DNA of 64,000 nt from Cyanophora paradoxa CCMP329 (lineage: Eukaryota; Plantae; Glaucophyta): positions 1 to 64,000 of the forward strand of contig QPMI01000186.1 of NCBI GenBank assembly GCA_004431415.1, in the 5' to 3' direction. This document shows positions 10,080 to 23,777 of the stretch, in pieces. Both the position numbers and the translations under genes were made by a program. The notes under the pieces were generated by a model. The model was not told the DNA's origin. It did not search any database and saw only the letters and a program-made list of their open reading frames with translations. The first letter of the stretch is position 1; the number at the start of each line of letters is the position of its first letter.

Positions 10080-12076
10080 ATGGGCACCGCGATAATTGGG
10101 CATGTCTGCCAATGCAAGGCCTCACCTCACTTTGCAGGAGGCTTTGTTGCATCCTGCATTCAAGCTGCAGTCCAACAGTGGAGAGCGATTGGAGCCAATG
10201 ATGTCGTGCTCAACTGGATCTTGCGTGGTTTCCCTTTGTCAGGAGCGAGGCGGCTGCCAGCAGAGCGCCGGGCCAACCACAAGTCTGCGGCTGTGGACCA
10301 TCAGGACTTTGTGAGAACCGAAATTCAGAAGCTTTTGCGCACGGGAGCGATCAGAGAAGTTGAAGAAGCTCAAGTGAACATTGTCTGCTCACTGTCCGTG
10401 GTGCCCAAGAAGACTGGATCCAAGTTGCGGCTCATCTGGGATGGCCGGCCTACCAATAAAGGCCTTCCGGACATCCCCTTCAAGTATGAGACTCTTGAGC
10501 ATGTCGCAGCCATGCTGCGCCAAGGCTGGTACATGTTCACTATTGACCTTGAATCTGGATACCACCACGTGCCAGTCTCACCGCAAGACTGGCGGAACAT
10601 GGGCTTTGAGTTTGACAGCAAATTCTATGTGTACACAGTTTTGCCCTTCGGCCTCAAGCACTCACCGTTTGCATTCGTCAAGATCATGCGACAAGTGGTC
10701 AACTACTTCCGCGTGTCTTATACATACTCTTCTTCTTCTTCCGCCGCTTTGGCATCTTCGTGGTGAACTATGTTGACGACTGGTGGTTTGCTGCTCCAAC
10801 CTACGAGAAGGCCTGTGAATTGCGGGATTTCGTCCTCAAAACATTTGCTGCCCTCAAGCTTGTGGTCAACAGCAAATCTGAGCTCACCCCAGCACAGTCG
10901 GTGGCTTTCTTGGGCTTCATAGTGGACTCCGCCCGCATGTTGTTTGAAGTACCCCAAGACAAGCTTGGTCGTCTGCTTGCTTTGATCAAAGGGCTTCTGA
11001 AGAAAAAGAAATCAGCATCTGCACGTGAAATGGCCAAGGTCGCCGGCACCCTTGTGTCCATGGCACGGGGCTTGGCTCCAGCTCGCATCAAGACCAGGTC
11101 CCTCTTTCGATACATCAATGTCGTGGCAAGAGAATGGCATTGGAATCATCCAGTGGAGCTCACCAATGAGACTCGTCGGGAACTTGAGTGGTGGCTGGCC
11201 AACATCCACCGATACAATGGCCGCTGCCCTATTCGGCCTGAAAGGCTCCTTGTGTTGACTACGGATGCAAGCCATGTTGGTGCAGGAGCCTGGATCACTA
11301 CCCGAATTGGTGATGCTCAACCTGTGGCTTGGGAGCTTGAGCCTGCCCCATTCCAGTGCCTGTGGAACCAAGAAGAAGCTCAGCAAATTTCGTCGTGGCG
11401 CGAGTTAATGGCAGTGCTTCGCGCTATGCAGCACTATCAAGGTTTATTGCGCAATCAGAACATCTTAGTTCGCTCGGACAACACAGTGACTGTGGCCTAC
11501 ATCAACAATGGTGGCGGAAGACATGAATACCTTTGCCGAGTTGCAGCAGCAATTTGGGATATTGCTCTGCTCAATTGCATCAGCATTGAAGCAGAACACA
11601 TTCCTGGTGTTGACAATGAGTGGTCCGATGCTTTGAGTCGCTACTTTTACCCCGCCGACTACTCTTTGAAACCTGGGTATTTTGCCATGGTCAGTCGGAC
11701 ATTTGGACCTTTTGATATTGATCGTATGGCCTCATCAGCCAACACTCACCTAAATCGATACTTTTCCATTGATTTGAATGATCGACATGCTGAAGGATAT
11801 GATTGCTTTACAGCAACCTGGCGTGGTGCTCGTAATTACGTCTTTCCGGACCCAAATGTCCTCTTGCACCTTGTGTCACATGTCCGCCAGTGTAGGGCCT
11901 CGGCAGTTTTTATTGTCCCTCAGTGGCCCTCAGCTCCATGGTGGCCACAGTTGCAGCTTGCCTTGCGTGCACCTGCAATGGTGCTCGGCCCAGCATATGA
12001 CGTGTGCTATCGCGGGCCTCGCTCGGCACAGTTACCTTCCTGGATTCTTGTTGCTCTTTATGTGTCGTGGGAGTAG
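10080..12076 (+). pseudogene. pol: DIRS-type pol: reverse transcriptase + RNase H + DNA adenine methyltransferase-like domain, frameshifted by a 32-bp insertion
   Basis: RT motifs QWRAIGA..VLNWI..GF, KLRLIWD, FTIDLESGYHHV, LPFGL and YVDD. RNase H motifs LTTDAS, WRELMAV, RSDN and HIPGVDNEWSDALSR. MT motifs FGPFDIDRMAS..YVFPD..VPQWPSAPWWP. Removing 10713-10744 restores NYFRRFGIFVVNYVDD. Confidence 0.92.
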
Positions 12077-12232
12077 ATTGAAGGCTCTTGCTGCAGAATT
12101 CAACTCCTGCTCATCTCTGCTCAGCTTACTTTGTCCAGCAACAGGGATAGAAAGCTTGAGTGGGGGGCTTTAAAAAGAAGAAGAAGAAATGTAGTCTGAC
12201 ATACCCTTGACTCTGGTGATGCAGGTGCTCGT

Positions 12233-12345
12233 ATGGCTGATCTGCTCAACCGGGTCACTTTCTACAGAACAAACTCTGTGAGCGAGCGAACCCAAAGCCT
12301 CTACGCCCGCTGGGTCGTCCTCTATGAAGGCCATTGCGCGGTTCA
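12233..12345 (+). pseudogene. N-terminal fragment of tyrosine recombinase, cut at the right 69-bp repeat
   Basis: MADLLNRVTFYRTNSVSERTQSLYARWVVLYEGHCAVQ fits the S..T...Y...W..F..FC pattern at the start of DIRS YRs and lies in the expected position after pol. No catalytic RHRY region remains. Confidence 0.55.
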
Positions 12346-12414
12346 ATCTAACGTCATGACCAGCATCTGCATAATTATATAAAAAATGCACTGCCGCAAC
12401 TAATTAGAACTAGT
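12346..12414 (+). repeat. 69-bp direct repeat, right copy
   Basis: Identical to 7740-7808. Confidence 0.93.
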
Positions 12415-12814
12415 ACTGCCGCAATGCAGATCTGCCCTAAAGCTTGCCCTAAAGCTTGCGCTAGAATCTTGGCGGTCCAGAAAAGGACTTGTCGCTCATA
12501 ATCATGATCAGCGTGCCCCAAGTAGGAATCACGGATGAAGAGCTTCACAGAGGAATCAGCTGCAGAATCTGTACAGACTGGCAACCGCAAGGCAACGAAA
12601 TTTCAAAAGAAAAGCAGAGCGAGGGAGGCGCTGAAACTGGAAAGCCTGACTGCAATCTAATCACTCACATCTGGTAGTTACACAGGACTGCTTATTGAGT
12701 TCAATAGATTTCAAACTAAATTTTCGCCTTCTACAGAAGAAAAAAAAGCGAAGGCGATGAGCGTAGATACTCGAAGAGAAAAGAATGGGCAGCGGGTACG
12801 GTGACGGCGGCGCC

Positions 12815-15048
<2,234 letters not shown>

Positions 15049-16634
15049 CGCCAAGTTGCCCAGCGCCTGTCCCGGTCTCCTGGATGCAGAATCGCCTGTA
15101 CTAATACATGAAGACGGTGCGTGATGAAGCTAGCGCGCGGTGAGTCGGACGTTGACCGCTGCGGTTTGATGGTCGAATCGCTGTGCGGCTTTCACACGTG
15201 CATGGACGCAGCAGCAGCTAGCTTAGTAGCAGCATACGCAGCAGGCTTTGCTGCCCGGCCCTGGCTTTGCTGCCCCTAAGGGATCGAGTCACCGACTCAC
15301 CGTCTTGCGGATAGGGTTGTTGCAGCTTTTCGCATCCTCAAAAAGCTTGCGTGTACCCGGGGCCGTGGCCGATCGCAGCAGCAAGCACAAGCGCTCTGCA
15401 ATGGTGGAGGCCGCTGCCAAGATAGCAGCAAGCTGCTGCAGGGGGCAATGCGCGCACAGGTAACGCTTGCAAGCTGCGGGAGATCAAATGTTGTCCACCT
15501 GCGCCTGTCCCTGACGCTCGCGCTCGCGTGCCTGAGCGGGTTTGACGATACAATCGATCGGAACGGAGATCCGCCCAACCCACACATGAGGCTTTCTTCT
15601 TCCGGCTCCAACTTTTTTAAAAAAGAAAGAGAATGAAGCCCGGCCCGGGGATAGCGGTAGCGAGGATGCGGTAGCGAAGAACATGCGGCAGTGCTGAATC
15701 CGGCAAGCGACCCGAAGTCCCGAGCCCAAGAGAGCCCACGAAGGAACGAGGACGGTTCAGGGAAAGAAACTGCTGCTGGCACTAAGAACAGAAACGACAA
15801 GAAGAGCGCGATACACACGGCACGATGCGACGCTTCCGACGTCGAGGGGCGGGGCAGCGGCGGTACTGGATCTCGTGCGACCCAGATGCTAGACGCGCCA
15901 CTGCCGCGCGCCTCCAACGCAGATGCTGCCGCGGCTGCCAGCTACTTCGCTTCGGGCGGTTCACGGCCCGGTCCTCATGCTGCTCGGTGTCTGGATTACC
16001 GGTGGAACTTGCCCCTGCGCGACGATGCATGAGATGGGCAGAGATCTAGACGAGCGACTCGCGATAGCTGGCGAGGCGCGCGTGTGCGGCGCACCAGATG
16101 TGAAGAAGGATGACGAAACCGATGAAAAGAAGGCTAAGGCAAAGAACGACATTCGGGCCGCTGCGAGGGACGAGGAATGCGCGGGAATGGTGAGGAGTCC
16201 GACAGCGGGGGTGAAAGCGCAGCGGATGCAGCGCGCGCACATCTTGAGCCCCGGCGAGTCCTCCGTGTAGAAGCGAAGAAAGTTGCCGCCGCCGGTATTG
16301 GGACGCGCGACGGCGGTGGAGGTGGGCGCGCGGCGCCTGGGCGGCGGAACAAGTTAGCCGTGGAATAACAGGCCAACATTGGACATAAGGAGCTCTCAAC
16401 GCACACGGTGCGCTGCCGGCCGGCCGACGAGCTGCGGGTCACAACGCCACTGCTGCCACCCGACGGGCGAGCGAGCTGCGAAGACTGTCCAACCGACCCC
16501 CTTTTCATGCTTCGAACTCTGCCTGCCGAACCTCTTCCTGCGCCGCGACGCGACTTGCCGAACTCGTGCTCCTTCTTGCCGCGTACCCCCCGAAGACATC
16601 GTCCATCGCCGCTGTAGCTGATGCGGCTCTCACG

Positions 16635-19600
16635 ATGAACGAAGAAATACAGCGCCTCGCGGGGGTGTTCGACCTGTTCGGCCCCGGGCGCGGGCCCTCC
16701 GCGCTCGCGGGGATCGAGGCGGCGTGCCCGCCTCTCTTGGGCTTGGGCGCGAGGAGGAGGAGGCTCGTGCACTTCGAGAAGGAGGAAGGAATCAGCGAAG
16801 GCGAGTATCGAGACAGCGCCAGCGGCGCGCACTACATGGGCAGCTTGAACGCGCACAAGAAGAAGGTCGCGCGCAGCCCTGGCGCCCTTCTTACCGCGCA
16901 TCGCCCCCTGACGCGGTACGCAGCATGGTCGAGGAGTTCTTGTCGAAGCGTCCGGCACCTTCTGCGGCGAATTCGTCGAGGACGTCAAGCACGGTGCGTA
17001 CGTGTAATTTGATCCCCACCTGTTCGGCTTCTGCCGCGCCGCGTTCAGGCCCCTCTGACCCTGGAATCTCACGTGTTCGAAGGAGAGGGCATCTGGATCT
17101 CATCAGCGGACGGCAGCCGGTTCATTGGTACGTACACGATTGCAAGCGCTCAGGACCAACGCGCTGCGGTCCCAAAGCGAGCGCTTCAGCCATATGCGTT
17201 ACGTCAGCTGACATAAGAACCTCGTAATAGGCACCTGGAAGGAAGGTCTGCCCCCGGATCTCGTTCTTTCCCGTCCTAGATCTCATTCTCATGATCAGCG
17301 CGTGGCAGGGCGCGTCCAGAACGGGACGTGGTACTCGAGGCTTGCGGGGGGCGAGCCGACGTGGATTGCTGGCGCGTTCTCCCGAGCGGACCGACCTGTG
17401 GGGATCTGCAAATGGTCGGGCGCTGGCGGGATAAGCGGATCGTCGGAGATCAGCGCTGCAGGAAAGCTGCACGGTATGACCGAGATCTGTCACGCTAATG
17501 GCACCAAGTGCCGGCTCCGACTCAACAACGGCATCTTACACGGTGCCCCCCGAATCCTTTGCCTACGCTTCGTGTCCAGCCGGCGCCTGAACCTGATCGA
17601 CCGCTGCCCGCGGCCGCGGCCGCACAGGCCAGCAGCGCCGGTGGACGCACAACAGCGTCGAGATTCTGGAGTACGCGAAAGGCGTGCAAGTCGGCACGTA
17701 CATAAGACGACAGTTCTCCGGAGATGGTGGGCCCTTTGGCAATGCTATCAAAGCTTCTGGGACTCGAGCTCGTGTTCTCTGCGCTAGGCAGACCCCTTGC
17801 CCCTTGCACTGACGACGCGGCCCTGTAGTTTTCGTGGAGCCGGTGGGCAGCGGTCGGGGATACTGGCGTCTCCGCGACGGCTGCAAGTATTGGGGTGCGC
17901 GATTCCCCCCTCCTGGAGCTGGCTTTTCTCACGCGCGCGCCCCGCCACCTTCCAGGGCCCTTCGACTACGTCAAGGTGCGCTCGGCACCGCTAACCGCTC
18001 CGCCCTCGTACCCCGCGCTGACCGGCCCCCCTCCGCCGCAGGCGTCGGTGCCCCAGGGCGTCGGAACGCGCCTGTACCCCTCGGGCACGCTCTACGCGGG
18101 GCCCTTCGAGGCGGGCTCCCGCGAGGGCGCCGCCTGCTGCGAGGTCGAGCCGGAGGGCCTCGTCTACGTCGGGTACGCCATTTGTCAACGGGTCGGCGCC
18201 CGGGGGGCGCGAGGGGTGAAGCGGGGGGCGGGGCAGGCCGTTCGGGGGGGACCAGCGGCACGGGCGGGGGATGCACTTCGACGCGCTGGGGACGGGGCTG
18301 GCGGAGGACGTCGCGTACGACCGCGGCTGCCTCCTCTCCGCGGCCGAGCAGGCCCCCGGCCCCCTCGACGCCCTCGTCGTCGGCTGCTCCAACTACGCCT
18401 ACTCGCCCCGCCTGCCCCACGCCCTCCACGACGCCGCCGCCGTCGCCCTCGCCCTCCGCCGCCTCGGCTTCCGCGTCTCCTTCGTCGCCGACCCGACCCG
18501 CGAGCGCCTCCTCGCCGCCGCCCGCCGCGTGCGCCTCCGGCAGCGCTGCGAGCGGCCGGCGGGGCCGCGCGCGGCCTCGACGCTGCTGCTCTACTACGCG
18601 GGGCACGCCCTGGAGCAGGGGGGCGACTCCTTCCTCCTCCCCGTCGAGTACGAGCACGGCGGCGGCTCGCTGGGCGACCTGCGCGCCGCCGCGGCCCCGC
18701 TGCGCTCCCTCCTCGCCCTCGCCGGCTCCATCCCCGAGCTCGACCCGCTCCGCCGCACCGTCGTCGTCCTCGACTCGTGCCGGGACAGCCGCCGCCCCGA
18801 CGAGCCGGCCGGCTCCCGCCCCGTCACCCTCGCCAGCCTCTCCCGCGCCCCCAGCGGCGCCGGCAAGGAGAACGTCCCGGCGGCCGCCTCCTCGGGCTCC
18901 ATCCTGCTCGCCTTCGCCTGCGCCCCCGGCAAGACCGCCTTCGACGGGACCGGCGGCCACAGCGTCTTCACGGGGCAGCTCCTCAGGTCCGCCCCGCGCC
19001 TGCGCCCCCCGCCCGTCCGCCCGACCCGCGCGCTGGGCAGGTGCCTGGCGGAGGAGCAGCGCGCGTGGGCCAAGGGCGGCGCCGCCCAGCCCCGCTCCCT
19101 GCGCCTCCGGGCCTTCTTCTCCCGGGTACGGGACGAGGTCCTCGCCCACTCCACGGGCCAGGTCCGCCAGCTGCCCTGGCCTGGGCCTCGACGCCCCCTG
19201 TGCCCTGCGCCCCGCCTGATCTCGACGTGTACCCCCCAGGAGCCGGAGATCCTGGACGGGCTGGCGCGGCTCCCGAACGGGAGCGAGGACGAGCTCGTCC
19301 TGCCGGGCGACCCGCTGGCGGAGCGGGTGCGGGGCGCCCCGGGGGCCACCGACCGCGCCCGCCGCCCCGCGCACCGCCGCTCCCGCAGCGACGGCCTCGC
19401 CGTCCTTGGGCCCCTCCCCTCCCTGCCCCAAGAGGCTTGCGGGAACATCGCCGCGCCCGTGGCCGACGTCGAGCCGGCGGGCTCCTCCCCGCCCGCCCCT
19501 GCCTCCCCCTCCAAGATCAAGTTCGTCTCCCCGGAGCAAGGGCGCCGCCTCTCTACGGGCGCTGGCGCCGGCCCCGGCGGCGGCAGCTACCAGTGGCTCT

Positions 19601-19770
19601 CCTGGGTGCGCCCAGACCCCCCTGCTGGTGCCTCGAAGCGAGCGGGGCGGTGCTGCGGGCAGGGCCCCCTGATGGAGTCGGAGGGGGATCCGGAAGGCAG
19701 CCAGGACCGGAGCAGCCGGGGGCGCGCCAGCCCGGCCAGCCTCGACTCCGATGGCGTGCCCGACATCTGA
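16635..19770 (+). CDS. MORN-like repeat protein fused to a caspase-family (peptidase C14, paracaspase-like) domain
   Basis: MORN-like units YMGSLNAHKKK|HGRGV..FCGEFVEDVKHG, PQGVGTRLYPSGTLYAGPF and YVG|PFGGDQRHGRG. C14 motifs ALVVGCSNY..L..ALHDA, YYAGH (His 18604), LDSCR (Cys 18778) and AFACAPGKTAFD..HSVFT. Both ends are approximate. Confidence 0.82.
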
Positions 19771-20480
19771 CCGCGCCCGACGCTTCCTCCGTGCCTCAAG
19801 CGAAGCCCGAACTCGAGCTTCACCTTGGCCTACTACGGGCCTAGGCCTGCACCCTTTACCTTCCCGCTATGTATCTTGCCAGGCCCGCCCCCTGTGGCAC
19901 CGCCTGCAGCCGCTGAGGTATCACCGATCCGCAACCCGCATGCGCAGCGTCATGATCAGCGCTGCACAGCTGCAGCTGCAGCTGCATCTGCTGCAGCGTC
20001 CGATGCAGGGGCCTAGGCCTGGGAGTTCTGGATGCGACTCTGGGCTGCGATCGCGAGCTTGCGCATGCGCGCGGCAAGGGCAGTCGCATGCCCGGGCCGG
20101 GGGCGGCCGGCCGCGGCCGCGGGCGCCGGCAAGTGCGTCGGCGAGCTCGAGCCGCGCGGACCGCGGAGCGCGCGCGCGGATTCGGATTAATATTTCGATC
20201 GCGGGGCCCGCCGGGCGCCGAGGCCGCGATCGCAACCGCGGAAGCGGCGCGCGGCCCGCGCGGCGGCGCGGGACCTAGGCCTTATATTTAACGCTGGGCT
20301 AGCGCTGAAGCTAGTGCTAGCTAGCATGCGCGCGCAGCGCTTGCTGAGCTCGTCTCCGTGTAATTTTCGTTTCCGGCGGTGCACCGTGCACGTGCACGTT
20401 GCCGATTGGACGAAAGTTGAGGTTTGATCATCGGATTACGACGTCGACTGGCATGCGCACTAGTACTTGGACGGAAGCTT

Positions 20481-20524
20481 AAGTTGGACGAAAGTTGGAC
20501 GAAAGTTGGACGAAAGTTGGACGA
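20481..20524. repeat. 11-bp tandem repeat (AAGTTGGACGA) x4 with degenerate copies nearby
   Basis: Read directly; further partial copies at about 20406 and 20467. Confidence 0.85.
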
Positions 20525-21683
20525 TTCACGATTGCAGTACCCCTTCACGGCCGTAGAACGGACAGCTGCAGGGCCCTGCGCGAGCCGGCTGCTACGCCGA
20601 CCACGCCGGAAAACAGCGCTACAGTGAGCCTCCCCGCGCACTGCGCCTTTCAACCCCGCTCACGCCCCGCACGGCCAGCCTCCCGCGAACGACCAGGAAT
20701 GAACACGGTGCGCCGCACGAAAGCGCGCGTGCGCATGCTGCGATACAAACGAGCACGTCCCCCGCTAGCGCACGTATGCTAGCGCTCGCCCCGCCCCGCT
20801 CTCGCGCGATCTGGCCCGACGCCATCCCGGCTGCTTTCGCATCTGCCCCTTCGCCGGGGTTTCGTATGGATCTACACGCGCCCCGCTCTGGCAGGCCACC
20901 CAATCCCTCTGTGCGCTCTTCGGCGAGCAGCACTCACATTGGGCACCAGTGCGCCCCCTTCGTCTTCGATTTCGTATGTTTTCTATACGTATACTTAATA
21001 ATTTGATTTCGCGCGCGGCGTCACGCAGGCGATCCGCACGGATTGCGATGGCCCCAGTACCCCAGCTTCGATCCGACGCCCCGCGATGCGGCTCCACCTT
21101 ACGCACCTTCGGGAGCGGGGGAGGCCCCCCGGTACCGGTCTCCCGGTCCGGGGCCCGTGGGGGTTTCGGCCCCCTCGGGCAGCATTCCTCTCCCTTAGCG
21201 GCCAGTCCGTGGCGGGAACGGGCGAGCCTCCGGGCACGGCCCGCACCTTTGATCTTTTGATCTTAAGCCCGTAGGGTAAGTAGACCTAGGTTTCGATCTC
21301 GAGCTTCGGTATTCGATTTCGATTTTCGACGTCGCTTGCCTATCTGACTGAGCCCTTACGATTCGACCGGCGGCCCACTGCTAGCCAAACAGCTGCTAGG
21401 GCTAGTCCAGATGTCGTTGGTCGTGTCTGAAATGCACGTTGTACGTATGCACCGACTAGCGTACCCCCCTTGTGCGCGGTGATTGCGGCGCGGCCGCGGG
21501 GAGACCTCTCCAGGGTCCTTTCGAAGCCTGGGCTTCCGCTCGAAGCTAACAGCGCTCCTGAATGCCCTCCCCGGTCCGGCCTGCACCTGCACACAACGTT
21601 TTACGCCCGCTTCTCACAATTCTACTCAGCCCGCCGAGCGTTCTCGGTCAGACTGGTCTTCCGAAGAGTGTCAGCAAGCGCAT

Positions 21684-23306
21684 ATGGATGTGCGCCGTGC
21701 CCCGCGCCCCGCCCCGCGCGGCGTGACACACCAGTTTCACAGGGACGACGAAACTGGCGGCCTCCTTCCATCTCCGAGGCGGGCGATGCTCCAGCCGAGT
21801 CGACAACGCAGGGCTCGGGCGTCCTGGGTCGCCTGCTGCCGGAGGTATTGCTTCTTGGCTCTTGACACTTGGGCCCTGTCGCCCCGCTCATGGTGGACCT
21901 CACAGGCATGCCTCCGTGCTGCTCAGTCATGCTCGGGACTGCAGCCACCGGGCACTGACTCCCGGCGCTCCTCCGCGGCCGAACAAAGCGAGCTGACCGG
22001 AACCTCGAAGTTCGAGATGCCAAGCCCGACGCCGCCTATGGCCATGAGAACCTCGTCGGTGTCCGGCATCTCCAAAATGTTCAAATCCGCGTCGGGGCTT
22101 TCTTTAGCGGTGTGCCACTGCAGCGCCATCGCTTGCGCAACCGCCTCCCCGCGCGCATCATTCTGCGAACTCACGTTTCCTTTGTTCCTTCGTCAGATGC
22201 AAAGATCGAACTCCGTCTCTGTGGATGTCGGGGCAGGCGGTCCATGCTCAGCGCCAGCGATGTTCTGCTGCTGCGAGGTTCGGGGCCCGTCGCCAGGCAC
22301 CCAAGCGGGAGGCGACCGGCGCTCGCCGGGGAGCGCTGGCAGCGGCGGCGTCCTGCAGGCCCGCGACGACGGTCCCAGCGTCGCGCGGAAATACTCCTGC
22401 GTGAACGACATCCTCAAGGAGCTGAGCCAGAAGAACGCAGCACTGCGGTCGATGAACCTGGAGCTCCAGCAGGCCCGCGAGCTGGTGGACGATAAGGAGA
22501 TCGAGATGCAGATGATGAAGGAGCAGCACGACGAGGAGCTCGCGCTCCTCCGCCGCGAGCTCGCCGCCGTCAAGTCCAAGCTCGCCTCGCAGCAGAGCCA
22601 GCAGCCGCAGCCGCAGGCCGGGCCGGCCGAGGCCGCCTTCCAGTCCGCCGTGCTCTGCGTAGACGTCCCGCCGGCGGCGGCCGGAGCGGGCGCGGCCGAG
22701 GCGGGCGAGCGGCCGCACGCGCAGCGGGCGGGCGGAGAGCGGCGCAACTCGTCCGAGACGTCGTCGGCGTCGTGTGGGACGGTCGGATCGGACCTGCCGC
22801 CACTCATGTGCGCCTCCTCCACAGCCTCGTACTCCTCCATCTCCAGCCCCTGCTCGACCGCCCACATCGGCTCCCCGGAGCTCGAGGCCCGCGGCGGCGC
22901 CCGCTCGGCGCCCCGCTCGCCGTCCCACTCGGGGGCGCCCCCGGCCGTCGCGACGTCGATCTCGGCGCCGGACCTGGCGGTGGCGGCGGCGAGCCCGCCG
23001 CCGACCGAGGCGGGCGTCGTCGCCTCGCTGCTCATGAGCGAGCTCCCGATGTCGAGCAGCTGGTCGATGAAGTTCGCGCGGCGGCCGCCGACGGTGCAGG
23101 ACCTCTTCCAGCGCATCCGCGCCCTCGAGCTCTCCAACGGCGAGCTGCGGACCGAGATCACGATGAAGGACGAGCTCATCACCGTCCTCAAGCGCGGCAA
23201 GCCGGCCAGCCCGGGGCCCTGCGCCGTCTACCGCGCCACCCCCGTCGCCATCAACTCGCCCCGCCCCTACCACTCCAGCGCCAACCCCTCCTTCCCCTGG
23301 AACTGA
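21684..23306 (+). CDS. Hypothetical protein with two coiled-coil segments
   Basis: Three GT-AG introns keep the frame (MD|GRRNW..LLPE|ACLR..LSLA|MQRS). Heptad segments ILKELSQKNAALRSMNLELQQARE.. and LFQRIRALELSNGELRTEI, with host-like codon use. Confidence 0.7.
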   Translation: MDVRRAPRPAPRGVTHQFHRDDETGGLLPSPRRAMLQPSRQRRARASWVACCRRYCFLALDTWALSPRSWWTSQACLRAAQSCSGLQPPGTDSRRSSAAEQSELTGTSKFEMPSPTPPMAMRTSSVSGISKMFKSASGLSLAVCHCSAIACATASPRASFCELTFPLFLRQMQRSNSVSVDVGAGGPCSAPAMFCCCEVRGPSPGTQAGGDRRSPGSAGSGGVLQARDDGPSVARKYSCVNDILKELSQKNAALRSMNLELQQARELVDDKEIEMQMMKEQHDEELALLRRELAAVKSKLASQQSQQPQPQAGPAEAAFQSAVLCVDVPPAAAGAGAAEAGERPHAQRAGGERRNSSETSSASCGTVGSDLPPLMCASSTASYSSISSPCSTAHIGSPELEARGGARSAPRSPSHSGAPPAVATSISAPDLAVAAASPPPTEAGVVASLLMSELPMSSSWSMKFARRPPTVQDLFQRIRALELSNGELRTEITMKDELITVLKRGKPASPGPCAVYRATPVAINSPRPYHSSANPSFPWN

Positions 23307-23777
23307 GCCCCCGGGCCCCGCACTTTTTTATGTACAGGATGATTTCATTCTCCTCTTCTCTGATTTGTGCCAGCCGCGAATCACGTCGAACCGTATAATG
23401 TTGCCGAAACGTTTTATGTCCCAGATCGTATTAGCAGGAGTAGGATCGACTGTAGATACATGTGATTCACTCTGCAAACTCCGATGTGTTTGTGATTAGC
23501 CTAGTAGAGCTGCTAGTGATGGTATGGAGTTCCAGAAGAATTGGATTACTCTGAAGTAGTGATATGAGTTTTTTTAGAGCCGTAGATATTGTAGCATGCG
23601 AAGCATCAATCGCTGTAGTGACTTTCTCTTTCGAACAAGAAACGAACTCCCGAATTCAGCAGCAGAGAATGTCCGATCGTGTGTATTTTTCACTGTTTCA
23701 AACAAGTACTGAGGTCTCATCCGCGCGAGCGCCGCACACGCGCACGCATCGCGATCGGGCCGGGCGCGCGAGCCGCG

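Larger units (their letters stand above)
7808..12345 (+). mobile_element. DIRS-order (tyrosine recombinase) retrotransposon, 3'-truncated and probably 5'-truncated
   Basis: Contains gag with a CCHC knuckle, RT-RNaseH-methyltransferase pol and the start of a YR. GC is much lower than host genes and host-type introns are absent. Bounded by 69-bp direct repeats. Confidence 0.9.

Noticed and set aside
12172-12204. Second (TTC)n-tailed insertion on the minus strand
   Set aside because: Only loose similarity to the 10713 insert and no clear duplication. The region also reads as a plain branch point and acceptor upstream of the YR.
15250-16630. Separate gene or zinc-finger N-terminus of the MORN-caspase gene
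   Set aside because: Short protein-like stretches in different frames (e.g. CEDC..CFELC) cannot be joined with confidence.
20400-20524. CRISPR array or ribozyme repeats (GGACGAAA)
   Set aside because: Head-to-tail 11-mers without spacers or stems, so a simple minisatellite.
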